The notes below the pieces were generated by a model that ran no database searches, was not told where the DNA came from, and saw nothing but the letters and a program-made list of their open reading frames with translations. A stretch of DNA of 64,000 nucleotides from Macrostomum hystrix (Eukaryota; Animalia; Platyhelminthes), in contig CATNEN010000037.1 of the NCBI GenBank assembly GCA_950097015.1, positions 3,534,001 to 3,598,000 of the forward strand, written 5' to 3'. The position numbers and the translations under genes were made by a program. This document shows positions 38,077 to 50,401 of this stretch, one piece after another; the stretch's first letter is position 1, and each line of letters starts with the position of its first letter.

Positions 38077-38880
38077 GGTCCTCATCTTCCCTAGTCCTCA
38101 TCTTCCCTGGTCATCATCTTCTCTGGTCCTCATCTTCACTGGTCCTCATCTTCCCTAGTCCTCATCTTCTCTTGTCCTCATCTTCCCTTGTCCTCATCTT
38201 CCCTGGTCCTATCTTCCCTGGTCCTATCTTCCCTGGTCCTCATCTTCCCTTGTCCTCATCTTCTCTGGTCCTCATCTTCTCTGGTCCTATCTTCCCTGGT
38301 CCTCATCTTCTCTGGTCCTCATCTTCCCTGGTAGTCATCTTCCCTAGTCCTCATCTTCTCTTGTCCTCATCTTCCTTGGTCTTCATCTTCCCTTGTCCTC
38401 ATCTTCCCTGGTCCTATCTTCCCTGGTCCTATCTTCCCTGGTCCTCATCTTCCCTAGTCCTCATCTTCTCTTGTCCTCATCTTCCCTGGTCCTATCTTCC
38501 CTGGTCCTCATCTTCCCTTGTCCTCATCTTCCCTTGTCCTCATCTTCCCTGGTCCTCATCTTCCCTTGTCCTCATCTTCCCTTGTCCTCATCTTCCCTTG
38601 TCCTCATCTTCCCTTGTCCTCATCTTCCCTTGTCCTCATCTTCCCTTGTCCTCATCTTCCCTGGTCCTCATCTTCCCTTGTCCTCATCTTCCCTTGTCCT
38701 CATCTTCCCTTGTCCTCATCTTCCCTGGTCCTCATCTTCCCTGGTCCTATCTTCCCTAGTCCTCATCTTCACTGGTCCTCATCGTCCCTAGTCCTCATCT
38801 TCCCTTGTCCTCATCTTCCCTGATCCTCATCTTCCCTTGTCCTCATCTTCTCTGGTCCTCATCTTCCCTGGTCCTCATCC
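38077..38880. repeat. Second array of the same 15/16-bp family
   Basis: Unit TCCTCATCTTCCCT(T/G)G. Confidence 0.95.
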
Positions 38881-39297
38881 ATCTTCCTTACTCTACATCG
38901 AGGCAGTCGGAATGTAAGAAAATAGTACTTCATGGCAATATTCAGATTGAATCTAGCAGTCGTGCGAGCCCAAGCAATCGCAGTCCTCTCACCTGAGCTG
39001 CAGCCATCGAAGACTCCTCACTGCAAACAGAATAGTTGCAGGAAACTCAAGCCAACAGACTCATCGCTGCTCATCCGTCACTGCTAATCCTTCTTCTACT
39101 TCCTCAGTCCACAGCCAACCCTTTGCCAGCTCTGTGCATTCACTCCAGCCTAGATTTTTTCCCAGTGAGTAAGGGACCAATCGATTGCTCAGAATAAAAA
39201 TATTTCCTGACATATTTTGTGAAAGAATGATATTTTGTGACACAACATTGAGTCTAGATTGTTTGCTGTAATTTTGTAGATTTTTCTAGACATACTC

Positions 39298-39646
39298 GTC
39301 ATTCTTGTCATTCTTGTCATTCTTGTCATTCTTGTCATTCATTTCATTCTTGTCATTCTTGTCATTCTTGTCATTCTTGTCATTCTTGTCATTCTTGTCA
39401 TCCTTGCCATTCTTGTCATTCTTGTCATTCATTTCATTCTTGTCATTCTTGTCATTCTTGTCATTCTTGTCATTCTTGTCATTCTTGTCATTCTTGTCAT
39501 TCATGTCATTCTTGCCATTCTTGTCATTCTTGTCATTCTTGTCATTCTTGTCATCCTTGCCATTCTTGTCATTCTTGTCATTCTTGTCATTCTTGTCATT
39601 CATTTCATTCTTGTCATTCTTGTCATTCTTGTCATTCTTGCCATCA
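39298..39646. repeat. 9-bp tandem repeat
   Basis: Unit CATTCTTGT. Confidence 0.95.
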
Positions 39647-41339
39647 TTGTAAATTTTGTCAATTTCGAGATGTTTTTTTAAATTGACGCTACTATTAGTA
39701 GAGTAGTGAAGCTTTGAACGTATATGAGAAATAATTACCCTTTTAACATAGTGAAGAATTATATTTATGCAGCACTATAAATCAATGATTATTGCCAGAG
39801 CTGTTTAACCAAAGGCGGCATCGAAAGCCAGACAACTCAGATACAAAGCAGAGAAAATGACCAAAGAAATTTTCTTTAATGTGAAAGCAAAACAGAAGAC
39901 AAATTTACGCCAAATTTAACAAACGAATTTCACAAAGGCGAAATCACGTGGCGGGGCAAGCTAGGCGTGCATTTGGTAAGAAAGCTTTGAATAAAATATT
40001 AAATGAGGAATACACAAGGAGCTGGACACCGAAGGTGTTGCCTCTCTTCCCCATGCTTTGCTGTGTTTTTGGGACACAAATAGAAATCGTGTTGCACACA
40101 GGGAAGAACGATGATGAGGCTTAGTTGAGAACGTTAGCAATTCATAGTCGGGGCCCAGTTGAGCATAGTTGAGCACACGCTAGGATGAGTTTGGGCCATC
40201 TCTAGCCCACCCCGTCTGTCTCATGCTCCTTGGTCTGTTCTCAGCAACATCCCTCGGTGTTCAAGCGTGAACTAGGGCAAGGTGTCACCCGATAGCTGAA
40301 GCCAATTTTGGAGACCATTCCGAATGCTGAGAGCTATCATTGCCAGCACTGCCGAGTCTGAAGCTGATAATTACCCTTCTGTGGTTTGTTTATCAACAAA
40401 CAAACTAAAAATGTCCTTAGTAGATTTTTTCCTGACTAGATTTCGAGTTCAACTGCAAACAATGGAAACTTGTTTGTTATCGAAAGAAAATTAAACACAC
40501 AAAATTACTCGTAAAACGAAATCATTTTTCCAGGAGTTCAATGAAATTATAAGAGACCTACCCAAACCTCAACCCTAGCTGGTGTTGGTAGAAATTCTAA
40601 AGTTGGGTACTGAAGTACTCATAACATATGGGTGAGCTGGGTGACCAAACCAAAGCAAGGCGAAAGCATTCTATTTATATATATAGCCGATTCGATTAAA
40701 AAGTTTATACAAATCGTTCTGTTAGTCTATCAAAGTGTCCCAGCTGACACCTCCAATTGTTCATTCTCCGTCCGGTAATGTTCTTCCAAATAAGAACAGC
40801 AACATTAGCATTTGGAGAAGCAGCAGCAGCAGCAGCAGCAGCAGCAGTTATACAAGTTCCTGCAATTGAATTACCTCAACATGAATGCTACTCCCAGTAT
40901 TCCCAGACGATCTCGCAAAGTCGTATTTCGGGACTGTCGGAATTAATCTAATTTGAGATAGCCATTTTTTCTTATCTGTCGCAGATTTTAATACGCTGAG
41001 ATAAGACCCGAAGGCGACATGAGCAGAAAGCAAAGTTGCGCAACTCAGAGACTGGTTCAAAGTATTTCCCATTTTCCTGGAAAAAGTGCACGCCTGGTTG
41101 ATCATCTTTATTAACCCGGCATTCTAAGAAACACAAACTGCTTATATTGCTATTGAGAAGCAGGAATAGCAGTTTGATGGTTTGTGACAGCCAATCATTG
41201 ATGGAGACACGAATGGACAGAGAGAGAGCTTGACCCGTGTGTTATATGGGCTGGTTTAGGCAAACAGAGCTAAGAAATCGCCTCTAGGAGGGTAGCATCA
41301 GTTCAGCACAGGCCGATACAAACAATCCAAGAAAAAGAA

Positions 41340-41645
41340 ATGAAATTAGTAAGTTCCGACACTGTCTCTGTTGGGGCATTCTCACAAACTGCTCACTGGT
41401 GTCTAACTCTACTACTGGCTGCTAGTCTAGCCTTTCTGACATCGCGTCACATTGTGATGGACGCTACACTTCAAGCTTTAGCTGATTCGCTAGGAGCTGT
41501 CAACACCACTTCGAAGTTGGGCATTAAAGTTGGCGAATATTCTTCGGTTGAGGAAAAACGGGACCTGCGGCTGTTGCGACGTCTGCGGCGTAGGAGCCCG
41601 ACTGGTGACGACTCGCGCTGGCTTGAAGCCGTCAGCAGGTTCAGG
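41340..41645 (+). CDS. Short membrane-anchored collagen, exon 1 (signal anchor, amphipathic linker, furin site RRLRRR)
   Basis: ATG 41340, hydrophobic HWCLTLLLAASLAFLTS, polybasic LRRLRRRS, donor agg|gtgagg, phase 0. Confidence 0.7.
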
Positions 41646-41682
41646 GTGAGGCTGTAAGATAAATGCATCTCAGTCTCTCTGA

Positions 41683-42770
41683 TGCTTTACTGCTCACTGT
41701 CTCTGAGGCTTTCTACTGTTCACAGTCGGCTTTCCACTGTTCTCAGTCTCTGAGGCTCTCTACTGTTCACTGTCTCTGAGGCTCTCTACTGTTCACTGTC
41801 TCTGAGGCTCTCTACTGCTCACTGTCTCTGAGGCTTTCTACTGTTCACAGTCGGCTTTCCACTGTTCTCAGTCTCTGAGGCTCTCTACTGTTCACTGTCT
41901 CTGATGCTTTACTGCTCACTGTCTCTGAGGCTCTCTACTGTTCACAGTCGGCTTTCCACTGTTCACAGTCTCTGAGGCTCTCTACTGTTCACAGTCGGCT
42001 TTCCACTGTTCTCAGTCTATGAGGCTCTCTACTGTTCACAGTCGGCTTTCCACTGTTCTCAGTCTCTGAGGCTTTCTACTGTTCACAGTCGGCTTTCCAC
42101 TGTTCTCAGTCTCTGAGGCTCTCTACTGTTCACTGTCTCTGAGGCTCTCTACTGTTCACTGTCTCTGAGGCTCTCTACTGCTCACTGTCTCTGAGGCTTT
42201 CTACTGTTCACAGTCGGCTTTCCACTGTTCTCAGTCTCTGAGGCTCTCTACTGTTCACTGTCTCTGATGCTTTACTGCTCACTGTCTCTGAGGCTCTCTA
42301 CTGTTCACAGTCGGCTTTCCACTGTTCACAGTCTCTGAGGCTCTCTACTGTTCACAGTCGGCTTTCCACTGTTCTCAGTCTCTGAGGCTTTCTACTGTTC
42401 ACAGTCGGCTTTCCACTGTTCTCAGTCTCTGAGGCTCTCTACTGTTCACTGTCTCTGAGGCTTTCTACTGTTCACAGTCGGCTTTCCACTGTTCACAGTC
42501 TCTGAGGCTCTCTACTGTTCACAGTCGGCTTTCCACTGTTCTCAGTCTCTGAGGCTCTCTACTGTTCACTGTCTCTGAGGCTTTCTACTGTTCACAGTCG
42601 GCTTTCCACTGTTCTCAGTCTCTGAGGCTCTCTACTGTTCACTGTCTCTGAGGCTCTCTACTGCTCACTGTCTCTGAGGCTTTCTACTGTTCACAGTCGG
42701 CTTTCCACTGTTCACAGTCTCTGAGGCTCTCTACTGCTCACAGCCTCTGAGGCTCTCTTAGGCTCTCTAC
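41683..42770. repeat. Composite 26-bp + 21-bp (47-bp) minisatellite in collagen intron 1
   Basis: CTCTGAGGCTCTCTACTGTTCACWGT and CGGCTTTCCACTGTTCWCAGT subunits. Confidence 0.93.
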
Positions 42771-43224
42771 CCCTGAGCTCTTTATATGTAAACTGAAGCT
42801 TAAAATGTTCGAGAAATTATAAGCCAATGCAGAAAATCCGAAAGATTTTTGTCGCAAAAAATTATGTTATTTAAACTTCGAGATAGGAATTCGCAATAAT
42901 CTAGTGCAAATTTTGAAAACTTTTGGGATCTAAGTGTTACGCAATCCGTTTTAGGAATCGTACGCTTTAGTAGTCAGTTCTTGGCAGCTCCGATAGACTG
43001 CTGCGGCAGTTTTGGTCACTCCTGATTGATTGATTCATTCATAAAACATTTTTCAAGCCTAAATGCTATAAAATCTTGGATTTGGATATGGATAGGTTTA
43101 GACTTCAGGTACATAATTATCATCAAAGATAAGCAGCATGGACTCATAGATAATTATCTTTATAAGATAAGCGGGGCAGGCAGATAATTATCACGGTAGA
43201 TATGCGAACAGGTTGATAATTACA

Positions 43225-43862
43225 CTGATAGATAAGCAGGCAGGTAGATAATTAACACGATAGATATGCGGGCAGGTAGACAATTGCACTGATAGATAAG
43301 CGGGCAGGTAGACAATTGCACTGATAGATAAGCGGGCAGGTAGACAATTGCACTGATAGATAAGCGGGCAGGTAGACAATTGCACTGATAGATAAGCGGG
43401 CAGGTAGACAATTGCACTGATAGATAAGCGGGCAGGTAGACAATTGCACTGATAGATAAGCGGGCAGGTAGACAATTGCACTGATAGATAAGCGGGCAGG
43501 TAGACAATTGCACTGATAGATAAGCGGGCAGGTAGACAATTGCACTGATAGATAAGCGGGCAGGTAGACAATTGCACTGATAGATAAGCGGGCAGGTAGA
43601 CAATTGCACTGATAGATAAGCGGGCAGGTAGACAATTGCACTGATAGATAAGCGGGCAGGTAGACAATTGCACTGATAGATAAGCGGGCAGGTAGACAAT
43701 TGCACTGATAGATAAGCAGGCAGGTAGACAATTGCACTGATAGATAAGCGGGCAGGTAGACAATTGCACTGATAGATAAGCGGGCAGGTAGACAATTGCA
43801 CTGATAGATAAGCAGGCAGGTAGACAATTGCACTGATAGATAAGCGGGCAGGTAGACAATTA
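43225..43862. repeat. 32-bp near-perfect minisatellite, about 19 copies
   Basis: Unit GATAGATAAGCGGGCAGGTAGACAATTGCACT. Confidence 0.97.
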
Positions 43863-44792
43863 TCTTTAAATGTAAGCAAGAAGGTTAAACTTTTTCTATC
43901 GGACATGCAAAGCGCCAAATACATCGTAATTATCCTGAATATGCAGGCGGGTAGATGATTTCAATGGTAGATAAGCGGTAGAACATGGTAGAACACGTAA
44001 TTATCTTGATAGACAAGCAGACAGATCTAGATAACCAGTAAATTAGATTAGAATGCAGGCTCTGTAGGTAGATCAGTAGACAGTCCCCTGCCACCATTTA
44101 GCAAAGCAAACCTCACCTGAAAGCGGGTTAATTTACTTCTTCAACAAATTTTCAACTTGCCTGCTAAAAAATGCCCACCTGGTCGCATCTTCTGAGCCAG
44201 TAAGTGCGTCAAGATTGATTTGGGCGAAGTGCAGCTGGCGGAGCATTCTTAGAATGGGAAGGAAGAACACTTTTAGGCCGAGGAAAAAGAAGCCTAACCA
44301 AATCCATTGTGCTGCAAGCTAATATACAAAGCTTGGCCAGGTGTTGGAGAGCTAATTAAGTATGCGAAGAATAAAGTAGACAGTAAATAGTCATTCCAGA
44401 GGCAAAACTTGCGACTAGAGTGTCACCGGCTGAGGAAGGAAGACCACTTGACAGCTGGGGTGGGTGGCAAAAAAACACACACAACTCGACCAAGCCTATT
44501 CCTCAGTCAATCTGGGCGGGCCGTGGTTGAATGGCCGCTTGGTGCTGGATAATGTGGCAACGGGTACTCTAGAAGCACCATTCAACAGTGCTCATTTTGC
44601 AGCTCTCGCGGCTCTCTTCAGCCTCTTGACTTCTTGACTTGGCTTCTCAAATTCTCCGGCGATGATTGCATGAAAGGATCTGCTGAATATATCTGGGATT
44701 TAGGGAGAATAGGGAGCATACACGGCTGCTATTGCTGGCTAGCTGGGAGAGGTTGCAAAGAAAAATATTACTTTTGCCCTGAACCGTTTCAG

Positions 44793-44877
44793 ATTGCCGA
44801 TCTCAAATCTGTTTGCGTAGCAGTTTCGGAGGCCTGCGCCGCACAGCATCGGGCTCGCAATGCCAGGAATTCCAAGC
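44793..44877 (+). CDS. Short collagen, exon 2 (Cys pair)
   Basis: Acceptor ccgtttcag|att, donor c|gtgagc; IADLKSVCVAVSEACAAQHRARNARNSK. Phase 0 to 1 bridges exons 1 and 3. Confidence 0.6.
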
Positions 44878-45044
44878 GTGAGCTCATTCGGAAAGCGTTT
44901 CTTGGTTTGAGGACTTTAGTTCAAAAACTGCTGCTTTCACATTTACAAAGACGACTATCAAACTATCAAAGCCTTTCTTACCCCTTCAACCCTAGAAAAT
45001 TCTACCTAGCCCTAGAACTATATCTAGACAGTTTAAACTTGCAG

Positions 45045-46090
45045 CATCTCAACCCATCATCCCATCAACCCTACAACCTACCATCAACCCTTCATCCCAT
45101 CAACCCTTCAACCCATCAACCCTACAACCTACCATCAACCCATCATCCCATCAACCCTACAACCTACCATCAACCCATCATCCCATCAACCCTTCAACCC
45201 ATCAACCCTACAACCTACCATCAACCCATCATCCCATCAACCCTTCAACCCATCAACCCTACAACCTACCATCAACCCTTCAACCCATCAACCCTACAAC
45301 CTACCATCAACCCTTCATCCCATCAACCCTACAACCTACCATCAACCCTTCATCCCATCAACCCTACAACCCTTCAACCCATCAACCCTACAACCTACCA
45401 TCAACCCTTCAACCCATCAACCCTACAACCTACCATCAACCCTTCATCCCATCAACCCTACAACCCTTCAACCCATCAACCCATCAACCCATCAACCCAT
45501 CAACCCTTCAACCCATCAACCCTTCAACCTATCAATCCATCAATCCTTCAACCCATCAACCCTTCAATCCATCAACCTTTCATCCCATCAACCCATCAAC
45601 CCTTCAACCCACCAAGCTTTCAACCCTTCAACCTATCAACCCATCAACACTTCAACCTATCAACCCTTCATCCCATCAACCCTTCAACCTATCAACCCAT
45701 CAACACTTCAACCTATCAACCCATCAACACTTCAACCTATCAACCCTTCATCCCATCAACCCTTCAACCTATCAACCCTTCAACATATCAACCCTTCAAC
45801 CTATCAACCCATCAACCCTGCAATCCATCAATCCTTCAACCCATCAACCCTTCAATCCATCAACCCTACAATCCATCAACCCTTCAATCAACCCTTCATC
45901 CCATAAACCCATCAACCCTTCAACCCACCAAGCTTTCAACCCTTCAACCCTTCAAGCCTTCAACCCTTCAAGCCTACAAGTCTAAAAAAATTGACCCTTT
46001 AATTGTTCAATCATTCCATCCTTCAACCCTTCAACCCTTCAACCCTTCAAAGCTTGAACCCTTGAACAATTGAACCCTTCAACCCTTCAA
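45045..46090. repeat. Degenerate 8-bp C/A-rich repeat (collagen intron 2)
   Basis: CCATCAAC / CCTTCAAC units. Confidence 0.9.
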
Positions 46091-46180
46091 CCAGAAAGCA
46101 TAAACTTAAGCCTAACACCAGAAAATATGACGAAAGCAGCCTTCAAAACAAAAACTACTACATTTTATCTTCCGACTCAG

Positions 46181-46345
46181 GCACCACTGAGCAGTCAGTC
46201 GGCTTCGGCGGACCCAAAGGCGACAAAGGCGACAAAGGCGACATGGGCGAACGCGGCCTGCTGGGGCCAATCGGACTGCCCGGCAAGATGGGACCGCCCG
46301 GTGTGCAGGGCCCGAAGGGCGAACCCGGAGACTCCTTCCGACCAA
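46181..46345 (+). CDS. Short collagen, exon 3 (14 Gly-X-Y triplets)
   Basis: Acceptor ttttatcttccgactcag|gc, donor a|gtgaga; [42 protein letters not shown]; 165 nt, phase 1-1. Confidence 0.9.
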
Positions 46346-46454
46346 GTGAGAAAACCGAGTAGCTGCTTAGCTTCAGTGCCGGAAACTCTCAGGCATTCGA
46401 ACCACTAACCCATCGATCAACCACCAAAGTATTTAAGTCCTAAAGCCTTTAAGG

Positions 46455-46965
46455 CCTAAACCCTTCAACCCTTCAGCCATTCAACCATTTAACCACTCAA
46501 CCCTTCAACCCTTCAACCCCTTCAACCCCTTCAACCCCTTCAACCCCTTCAGCCCTTAAACCCCTTCAACCCTTCAACCCAAAACCCTTCAACCCCTAAA
46601 CCTTCAACCCTTAACCCTTTAAACCTACCCCTTCAACCCCTAAACCCTTTAACGCTAAACCCTTCAACCCCGTCAACCCTTCAACCCAGTCAACCCCTTC
46701 AACCCCTTCAGCCCTTGAACCCCTTGAACCCTTCAACCCCTTCTATCCTTCAACCCTTTAACCCCTTCAACCCCTAAACGTTCAACCCTAAACCCTTTAA
46801 CCCTAACCCTTCAACCCGTAAGCACTTCAACGCTAAACCCTTCAACCCCTAAACCCTTCAACCCATTCAACCCCTTGACTCCTCAACCCCTAAACCCTTC
46901 GACCTACACACTTCAACCCCTAAACCATTCAACCCCTAAAACCATACGATCCGTAAAACCTTCAA
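46455..46965. repeat. Degenerate 8-9-bp repeat of the same family (collagen intron 3)
   Basis: CCCTTCAAC units. Confidence 0.88.
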
Positions 46966-47087
46966 CCCCTCCATCCCATAACCTTCAAAAGCAAAGCCTC
47001 AATACTCCAATCCTTAAATCTGAGAGCCCTCCTTGGTTTAGCGCCGCAGTTAATTCATTCAAAGCTTGCAACCCGAAACAATCACAG

Positions 47088-47213
47088 GCAGCATGAGGTG
47101 CCGAGTTGACTACCAGGGCGAAACAGCGTGCAGCTACACAGATTCCAATAACAATTTGATCAACATGCGAAGCAGGGGCTCCAAGCAATGGCAACCTGAA
47201 CCCTGGTGCCCCT
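47088..47213 (+). CDS. Short collagen, exon 4 (non-collagenous Cys-containing interruption)
   Basis: cacag|gc ... t|gtgagc; 126 nt, phase 1-1; SSMRCRVDYQGETACSY...QPEPWCP, giving CPC directly before the next triplets. Confidence 0.65.
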
Positions 47214-47239
47214 GTGAGCTTCTGACTGAAAATTGCTTG

Positions 47240-47488
47240 TTCTCTTAGGTTGGGTTTAGTGTGGATTGGGGTTGGGGTGGATTGGGGTAGGAGTGGATTG
47301 GGGTTGGAGTTGATTGGGGTAGGAGTGGATTGGGGTTGGAGTTGATTGGGGTTGGAGTGGATTGGGGTTAGAGTGGATTGGGTTTGGAGTGGATTTGGGT
47401 TGGAGCGGATTTGGTTTGGAGTGGATTGGGGTTGGAGTGGATTTGGGTTGGAGCGGATTTGGTTTGGAGTGGATTGGGGTTGAAGTGG
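47240..47488. repeat. 16-bp G/T-rich repeat (collagen intron 4)
   Basis: Unit TGGATTGGGGTTGGAG. Confidence 0.92.
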
Positions 47489-47548
47489 ACATGTAAGGGC
47501 ATGGAAAAGTGTTATTTGTTAAAATAAGTCACCTCAAAATAACTTCAG

Positions 47549-47638
47549 GCCAGAAAGGCGATCCGGGTGAGCGCGGTTTGGTGGGCCTGCGTGGCGAAAA
47601 AGGTGAGCCCGGAGTGTGCAGCAGGCCCTGCTTTACAG
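47549..47638 (+). CDS. Short collagen, exon 5 (7 Gly-X-Y triplets)
   Basis: cttcag|gc ... g|gtgagc; QKGDPGERGLVGLRGEKGEPGVCSRPCFT; 90 nt, phase 1-1. Confidence 0.88.
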
Positions 47639-47734
47639 GTGAGCAATTATCTGCTTTTGATTAGGTTCAGTTCGGGAATTAGCGAGCAATATTGTGATAT
47701 CCCTAAAGTGGTGTATCTATGGTCCAGTATCAAG

Positions 47735-48262
47735 GATCCCTAGTGACAATGATCCCTGGTGTCTATGAATCCGTAGTGACAATGATCCCTAGTGTCTATG
47801 ATCCCTAGCGACAATGATCCCTACTGTCTATGATCCCTACTATCTATGATCCCTAGCGACAATGATCCCTAGCGACAATGATCCCTAGCGACAATGATCC
47901 CTTGCGACAATGATCCCTACTGTCTATGATCCCTAGTGTCTATGATCCCTATTGTCTATGATCCCTACTGTCTATGATCCCTACTGTCTATGATCCCTAC
48001 TATCTATGATCCCTACTGTCTATGATCCCTACAATCTATGATCCCTACTATCTATGATCCCTACTATCTATGATCCCTACTATCTATGATCCCTACTATC
48101 TATGATCCCTACTATCTATGATCCCTACTATCTATGATCCCTACTATCTATGATCCCTACTGTCTATGATCCCTACTATCTATGATCCCTAGCGACAATG
48201 ATCCCTACTGTCTATGATCCCTAGTGTCTATGAACCCTAGTGTCTATGATCCCTATTGTCTA
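47735..48262. repeat. 16-bp minisatellite (collagen intron 5)
   Basis: Unit CTATGATCCCTACTRT, with a CAATGATCCCTAGCGA variant. Confidence 0.93.
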
Positions 48263-48347
48263 TGAGCTCTAAAGTTTATGAGCTTAAACATATTTCGGAG
48301 AAAATATTTCTGTCAGAAAAAAACTTTTCTGCTTTTATTTCCCTCAG

Positions 48348-48469
48348 AACCTTCGACCAGCAAAAGCAATGGATCAGCACGAATAGCACCCAGCAATGTC
48401 TGCCTGTTGCTGCAAATTGCACTGCTGGCACTGGGAGGCATTTGTGGCCGTTTCTTAGCTTTTGCCTGA
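48348..48469 (+). CDS. Short collagen, terminal exon 6 (GPI-signal-like hydrophobic tail)
   Basis: Strong acceptor cttttatttccctcag|aa, phase 1; EPSTSKSNGSARIAPSNVCLLLQIALLALGGICGRFLAFA*. Confidence 0.72.
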
Positions 48470-48947
48470 CAATCTCGCGATTGTTAAAGTTAGCCGTTGA
48501 AACAAGCAAGTTTGCAAGGAACGTCTAATATTTTTCCGACAATTTTATACATTTTAAACATTCTTACTACTTAATCTACTTAGGAAGTAGCACAGTAGAA
48601 TTTGATGCACATTAATTTTTTATAGCATATTCGCTTAATGCTCATTAAATATTTTGTCATTTTTCATTCATTTTTTCTAATTTTAGATGACATGGAATAT
48701 CATATATTCCATCTAACTAACGCGTTAATCGATAACTAATAATCCTATATAACTAGAGCACAATACATGCATATAAACACAATAATACGTATGGAACATA
48801 AAAACTGGGTAATTGAAGATCAAATAATCTGTTTGATAACTTAAACGATCATTTCACATACTATTTGTGTATTTAAGCTTGAATGGATTTGGTTGGCTTA
48901 AAAAATGAAGTCGAACCGAAATATATTTTATTTCTTTCGAATTGAAT

Positions 48948-49651
48948 TGAATCTTGGAAGGTACCATGGACAATTGGAACTTTCGAATTAAATCTTGGAA
49001 AGTACCATAGACAATGCGAACTTTCGAATTGAATCTTGGAAAGTACCATAGACAATGCGAACTTTCGAATTGAATCTTGGAAAGTACCATAGGCAATGCG
49101 AACTTTCGAATTGAATCTTGGAAAGTACCATAGACAATTTGAACTTTTGAATTGAATCTTGGAAAGTACCATAGACAATTGGAACTTTTGAATTTAATCT
49201 TGGAAAGTACCATAGACAATTGGAACTTTCGAATTAAATCTTGGAAAGTACCATAGACAATGGAAAATTTCGAATTAAATCTTGGAAAGTACCATAGACA
49301 ATGCGAACTTTCGAATTGAATCTTGGAAAGTACCATAGACAATGCGAACTTTCGAATTGAATCTTGGAAAGTACCATAGACAATGCGAACTTTCGAATTG
49401 AATCTTGGAAAGTACCATAGACAATGCGAACTTTCGAATTGAATCTTGGAAAGTACCATAGACAATGCGAGCTTTTGAATTGAATCTTGGAAAGTACCAC
49501 TGACAATTGGAACTTTCGAATTTAATCTTGGAAAGTACCATAGACAATTGGAACTTTTGAATTTAATCTTGGAAAGTCCCTAGACAATAGGAAAGTCCAT
49601 GGACAACCATAGACAATTGGAACTTTCAAATTGAATCTTGGAAAGTACCAT
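48948..49651. repeat. 41-bp minisatellite, about 17 copies
   Basis: Unit GAATCTTGGAAAGTACCATAGACAATGCGAACTTTCGAATT. Confidence 0.95.
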
Positions 49652-50206
49652 AGATCGGACTGGATCTAGAAAATTGCTGCCCGACATAATCCCTTTAAAG
49701 ATAAGAAGATTCCCAACTGTTGCTACTAAAGTCATTTTCTTGGGCTGGGACAACAGGTTTAGGAAACATCCGATCGTATAAAAAAACATGCACTTTAACT
49801 TTGTACACCTAAACAGCCAGTGTCTCTGCACATCTATGTGTAGGATAGCACAAGTCCGAGACGTGGGGCTAAATATTGCCGCGGGGAAAACTAATGCCTG
49901 GCTGGCCGACTAACAAACCAGACAGGGGGATACACAAAATTCTATCCCCTTCTGCAGAAGCAAAGAGTAGCACTTGCAGAAGCACACCGACCCCCAATTG
50001 CAGGCAAACTTATATTACGGCCTTCATAAATTTGGAAAGGCTGCAGTTATATTAAAAACTTCATATTGCGCAATTATTGTTAATTGTCTCATACTGGTAA
50101 TAGTCTATTACAATCAGAATCCTACTTTAAATGCGCTATTAATTTTCGAAAATCAACTATTTATACTAGTAAAATCAAACAGTAAAATTTTTGTAACTTT
50201 GCAGAA

Positions 50207-50398
50207 CTGTGTCAATCCTTCCATCAGGCACTCCGCCAGTCACTCTCTGTCAATCCTTCCACCAGGCACTTCGCCAGTCACTCTCTGTCAATCCTTCCAC
50301 CAGGCACTTCGCCAGTCACTCTCTGTCAATCCTTCCATCAGGCACTCCGCCAGTCACTCTCTGTCAATCCTACCATCAGGCACAACCGCCAGTCACTC
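50207..50398. repeat. 38-bp repeat, 5 copies, abutting the DEG/ENaC stop codon
   Basis: Unit CTGTCAATCCTTCCAYCAGGCACTYCGCCAGTCACTCT. Confidence 0.9.
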
Positions 50399-50401
50399 AG
50401 C

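Noticed and set aside
40757-41105. (GCA)9 run with short ORFs
   Set aside because: Microsatellite; no frame has both a start and compatible splice sites.
44507-44563. Possible 57-nt phase 1-1 exon, and a GTAAGT donor at 44200
   Set aside because: They do not fit the phase chain of the collagen model, and the donor at 44564 is weak.
44634-46073. 479-aa ORF
   Set aside because: Mostly translation of the CCATCAAC repeat; only 44793-44877 is supported as an exon. An in-frame upstream acceptor at 44622 would insert 57 aa into the conserved-looking Cys motif and has AT-rich codons, so it is disfavoured though not excluded.
48948-49651. Heat-shock-element-like GAAnnTTC in the 41-bp unit
   Set aside because: Only two nGAAn units in register, and it lies between convergent 3' ends.
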